From the NCBI GenBank assembly GCA_964016885.1, contig OZ024742.1, positions 338,520,001 through 338,584,000 on the forward strand: a stretch of 64,000 bases of DNA. The letters run 5' to 3'. A program made the position numbers and the translations under genes. This document shows positions 61,322 to 64,000 of the stretch, piece after piece (within the stretch, counting starts at the first letter, position 1; each line of letters begins with the position of its first letter). Under the pieces are notes generated by a model. The model made no database searches. It worked only from the letters and a program-made list of their open reading frames with translations, and was not told the origin of the DNA. This stretch comes from Eledone cirrhosa (Eukaryota).

Positions 61322-61775
61322 GAAGGAATTGTGGTAAGGAACCAGATGGACCATAACGCACCAAAGTACTCAATACTCAGGGTAGTAGAGTGGGTTGTAG
61401 TGACCTACATTCCGCGGGCTCACATACATTCTCTGTGCTTGATTTGGCTCAGCTCAGCCAATCAGCGCCAGTAGAAGAGAATGAATCTTTACGCGCCCCG
61501 AGGGAAAAGTTCCCGCGTGGATTTGAAGAATCAACCTCTCGCTTCCTGTCTGTGAAAAGGTAAACACCTAACTTTCTTTCGTCGTGAAATCACGAGCCAA
61601 CATGTAACACAACAACTTAACCACGGCCTGGCAACACTTCAGCCAGTGGACCGTGTCTTCTGAAATCCTTAATTCATTGTTTCATCTCTCTTGGTATGTC
61701 AGCTATTCAGCTCTACTCAGCTCAATCTTCGTAAATAAATATTGTACATACAACCCAGTGTCCTGTTATAGGGTA

Positions 61776-61907
61776 ATAGGAACGAGTATGACCCCGACGG
61801 CAGAGCTCAAGCCGTTTCGACGGCTATTTCTGGACTAATTTATTTTAGTCCAGAAATAGCCGTCGAAACGGCTTGAGCTCTGCCGTCGGGGTCATACTCG
61901 TTCCTAT
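61776..61907. repeat. Perfect inverted repeat (63-bp arms, 6-nt loop) made of two HHR 3' halves
   Basis: The arms are exact reverse complements. Each strand reads ...GAAAC-GGC-ttgagctct-GCC-GTC-ggggtca. Confidence 0.9.
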
Positions 61908-62508
61908 ATATATATAAATATATATATTTATATATGGAGAAAAAATTTACGAAATGGAAATGCGGGTATATAGAATTTATTAGGTAACAATTTTTTCTAT
62001 AGTGTATGAGTTACCTATACCTCGCTACTTGAATAATACACAAATATTATCAAAAACCGAAAGTACACTGTAAGCCAACACACCATGTCATCAGACCTTT
62101 GTATTAGAATGATATGAAAATATTTTATACACTAGATAACAGATAAAGAAGGAGGTAGGAAGAGAAGGGGAAGAGGGAAGTGAGTAAGGTGGAGGGAGTC
62201 TTAGGGTTTAAGACTGTCAGACTAGTAGAGATTGTGAAGAGAGAATGTTTTGGCAGCAGTTAGCTTAATGAGGCGTGCTAAGGTTGGCTGGGAAGTAGAT
62301 ACTTCTAGTGGTGTTGTTCGGACAAAATTTAGTTAGAGGGGTCAAAGTGGTACAATGTCACAGACAAGTTATTAGGGCTATTATAGTAGCAGGTTATTTC
62401 TAAAGGGGTCCAGAAAAACAGTGTTTAGTACTATTATTATAGAAAGCCATATCTAGTGTATAAACATATAAGACAGAAATTTGCAAACGTTGGTGTAAAA
62501 AGGTAACA

Positions 62509-63900
62509 TTATATGCATTTAAAAAAAGAAAAAGTCGTTTTCAAACGATGGTTACAGTATAGAGAACGTTCAATTTTGCTGTTCAAAAGTTTGTTTACCG
62601 ACGTTAAAATGCAGTATATCTCTAAATTGCATAACTTGCAGAATCGATGATTTTGCTGATATGCAGGCGCAGCTGCAATAATTTGCCAATCAAGGGAGAA
62701 CGCTTGATTGTTCCTCCGAAGCTGCCGGGCTTTATCGGCGAGGGTTGTTACGGAGCGCATTTTCCCGTGCCTGATCGAAGATCGATGTTGGTATAGGCGA
62801 GCCTTGAAAGAAGTTGCGGTACATCCGACGTAATACCATTTGTTGGTCCCGGAATTTATTGTACACCGGTAGACAATATTGCGTGCTAGGCACTGGTTAT
62901 TCAGTGGGCACGTACCTGGTTTGATGCAGTTACAACTATTTTTATGTTTTGCAGTAGAATCCTGGATAGTTTGGTGGGGTTGTGGTTGCGTGTTAGTGCG
63001 TTGCATGTTGCTATGCTGGTGCGCTGAGTCATTAGGGATGTACTTATTCAGTATTGCTGAGTTGAGTTTTCTAATTAGTTGTTCTATGTTAGGTGCAGTG
63101 GAGTATGATAGTCTAATGGTGCGCGAGTTAAAGATTTTATAGTATTTATGTGAAGTTGTAAAGTGTTTATTGATTAGTGTATAGAATTGTGAGATAATCT
63201 TAGTGCTAATAGAAGAATTGTACACGGGGTTATACCATATGTACTCTCTACGTCTGACTCTATTTGCTGGTTTGCACCTGTTAGTATGCCTATTGATGTG
63301 TGTGTGTGGTGCAATACTAGTTCGACTTAGATGTGTTTTATTCATAGTACTTATGTGGTTATCGTCTAGATATTCAATTTTCTCGCAGTAACCAGCTTTT
63401 CTAAGTGCGTCATTATAATATTCAGCATGCTCGTTGAAGGTCTGCAAATTAGACGACAGTCGGGAGATCCTTATGGATATATTTTTAGGGATAGATTTAA
63501 TAATGGAATGAGGATGGTTCGATTTTACATTAACGTACTTAAGATTTTCATTAAGATTGTGAAATGGCTCTATATTACCGTTATTAAGGTTGAAGGTAAC
63601 ATCCAAGAAGTTGACCACCTTAAGATTGTGTTCAAAGGTAATATTAAGCCCTAGTTCTAAGAAAAGTTTCCTAATGTTTTTACGTCGCCTTTCTAGGTTT
63701 TGTTTGTTCATATTCTTGACTAATAGAAGTGTATCGTCGCGGTATATTCCGCCGTGGAGGTCCGTAAATTCGCTCTGGAGTCTATGGGCTATATAGATCC
63801 CAACCAAATCCGTGACCTCCGCCGAATCATTAGAACCCATCGTAATGTCGAATTCCGAGGGTCTATCCCTGCGGACCCAATAACTATTTTCAAAGTGCAC
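62509..63900 (-). CDS. Penelope-like element ORF (RT C-terminal part + GIY-YIG endonuclease), continuing past the window end
   Basis: 'FDITMGSNDSAEVTDLVG', 'GIYRDD', 'VNFLDVTF', 'YVNVKSNHP', 'IWYNPVY', 'CNC....CPLNNQC...NIVYRC', 'YYVGCT...FKARLYQH' and 'CKLCNLE'. Confidence 0.92.
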   Translation of the reverse strand: MHFENSYWVRRDRPSEFDITMGSNDSAEVTDLVGIYIAHRLQSEFTDLHGGIYRDDTLLLVKNMNKQNLERRRKNIRKLFLELGLNITFEHNLKVVNFLDVTFNLNNGNIEPFHNLNENLKYVNVKSNHPHSIIKSIPKNISIRISRLSSNLQTFNEHAEYYNDALRKAGYCEKIEYLDDNHISTMNKTHLSRTSIAPHTHINRHTNRCKPANRVRRREYIWYNPVYNSSISTKIISQFYTLINKHFTTSHKYYKIFNSRTIRLSYSTAPNIEQLIRKLNSAILNKYIPNDSAHQHSNMQRTNTQPQPHQTIQDSTAKHKNSCNCIKPGTCPLNNQCLARNIVYRCTINSGTNKWYYVGCTATSFKARLYQHRSSIRHGKMRSVTTLADKARQLRRNNQAFSLDWQIIAAAPAYQQNHRFCKLCNLEIYCILTSVNKLLNSKIERSLYCNHRLKTTFSFFKCI

Positions 63901-64000
63901 TACTGTGCGTCTAGCTTCAAGTATAATATTAATTTCCTCGTTTGTGAGGTCCGAGTTAGTCTTAGCGAAAGAGAGGGCCTTATGCAGGGTTTCGGGTGAA

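Noticed and set aside
62040-62100. CTGATGA (62088-62094, minus strand) downstream of the Penelope ORF as its pLTR hammerhead
   Set aside because: I could not find a matching GAAA, stem III and stem I.

Overview
AT-rich, repeat-dense animal genomic DNA, most likely an octopus or other cephalopod (inferred from the tandem C2H2 zinc-finger paralogues, abundant RTE LINEs with (GAT)n tails and the tRNA-SINE families). Host genes are one intact 20-finger C2H2 ZNF ORF (18377-20155) and a frameshifted paralogue (5485-6240). The rest is mostly mobile DNA: about seven RTE LINE copies with a PHD-type finger inside the RT, an L1/Tx1 3' fragment, CRE-like fragments, Tigger/pogo and maT relics, a non-autonomous Helitron, tRNA-SINEs, Penelope-like (PLE) fragments, and a young full-length LTR retrotransposon (44814-48996) with a 5-bp TSD. 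The ORF track misses three things. (i) There are about 13 intact-core and several degenerate type I hammerhead ribozyme (HHR) motifs from at least eight sequence families. (ii) A 429-bp HHR-bearing non-coding tandem repeat (retrozyme-like) has inserted, with a 12-bp TSD, into another HHR element; several fold-back palindromes also have their HHR 3' ends pointing outward. (iii) The LTR element has a non-canonical primer-binding site that matches the 5' end of tRNA-Phe rather than a tRNA 3' end. All RNA structures were paired by eye, not computed, and boundaries of old repeats are approximate.
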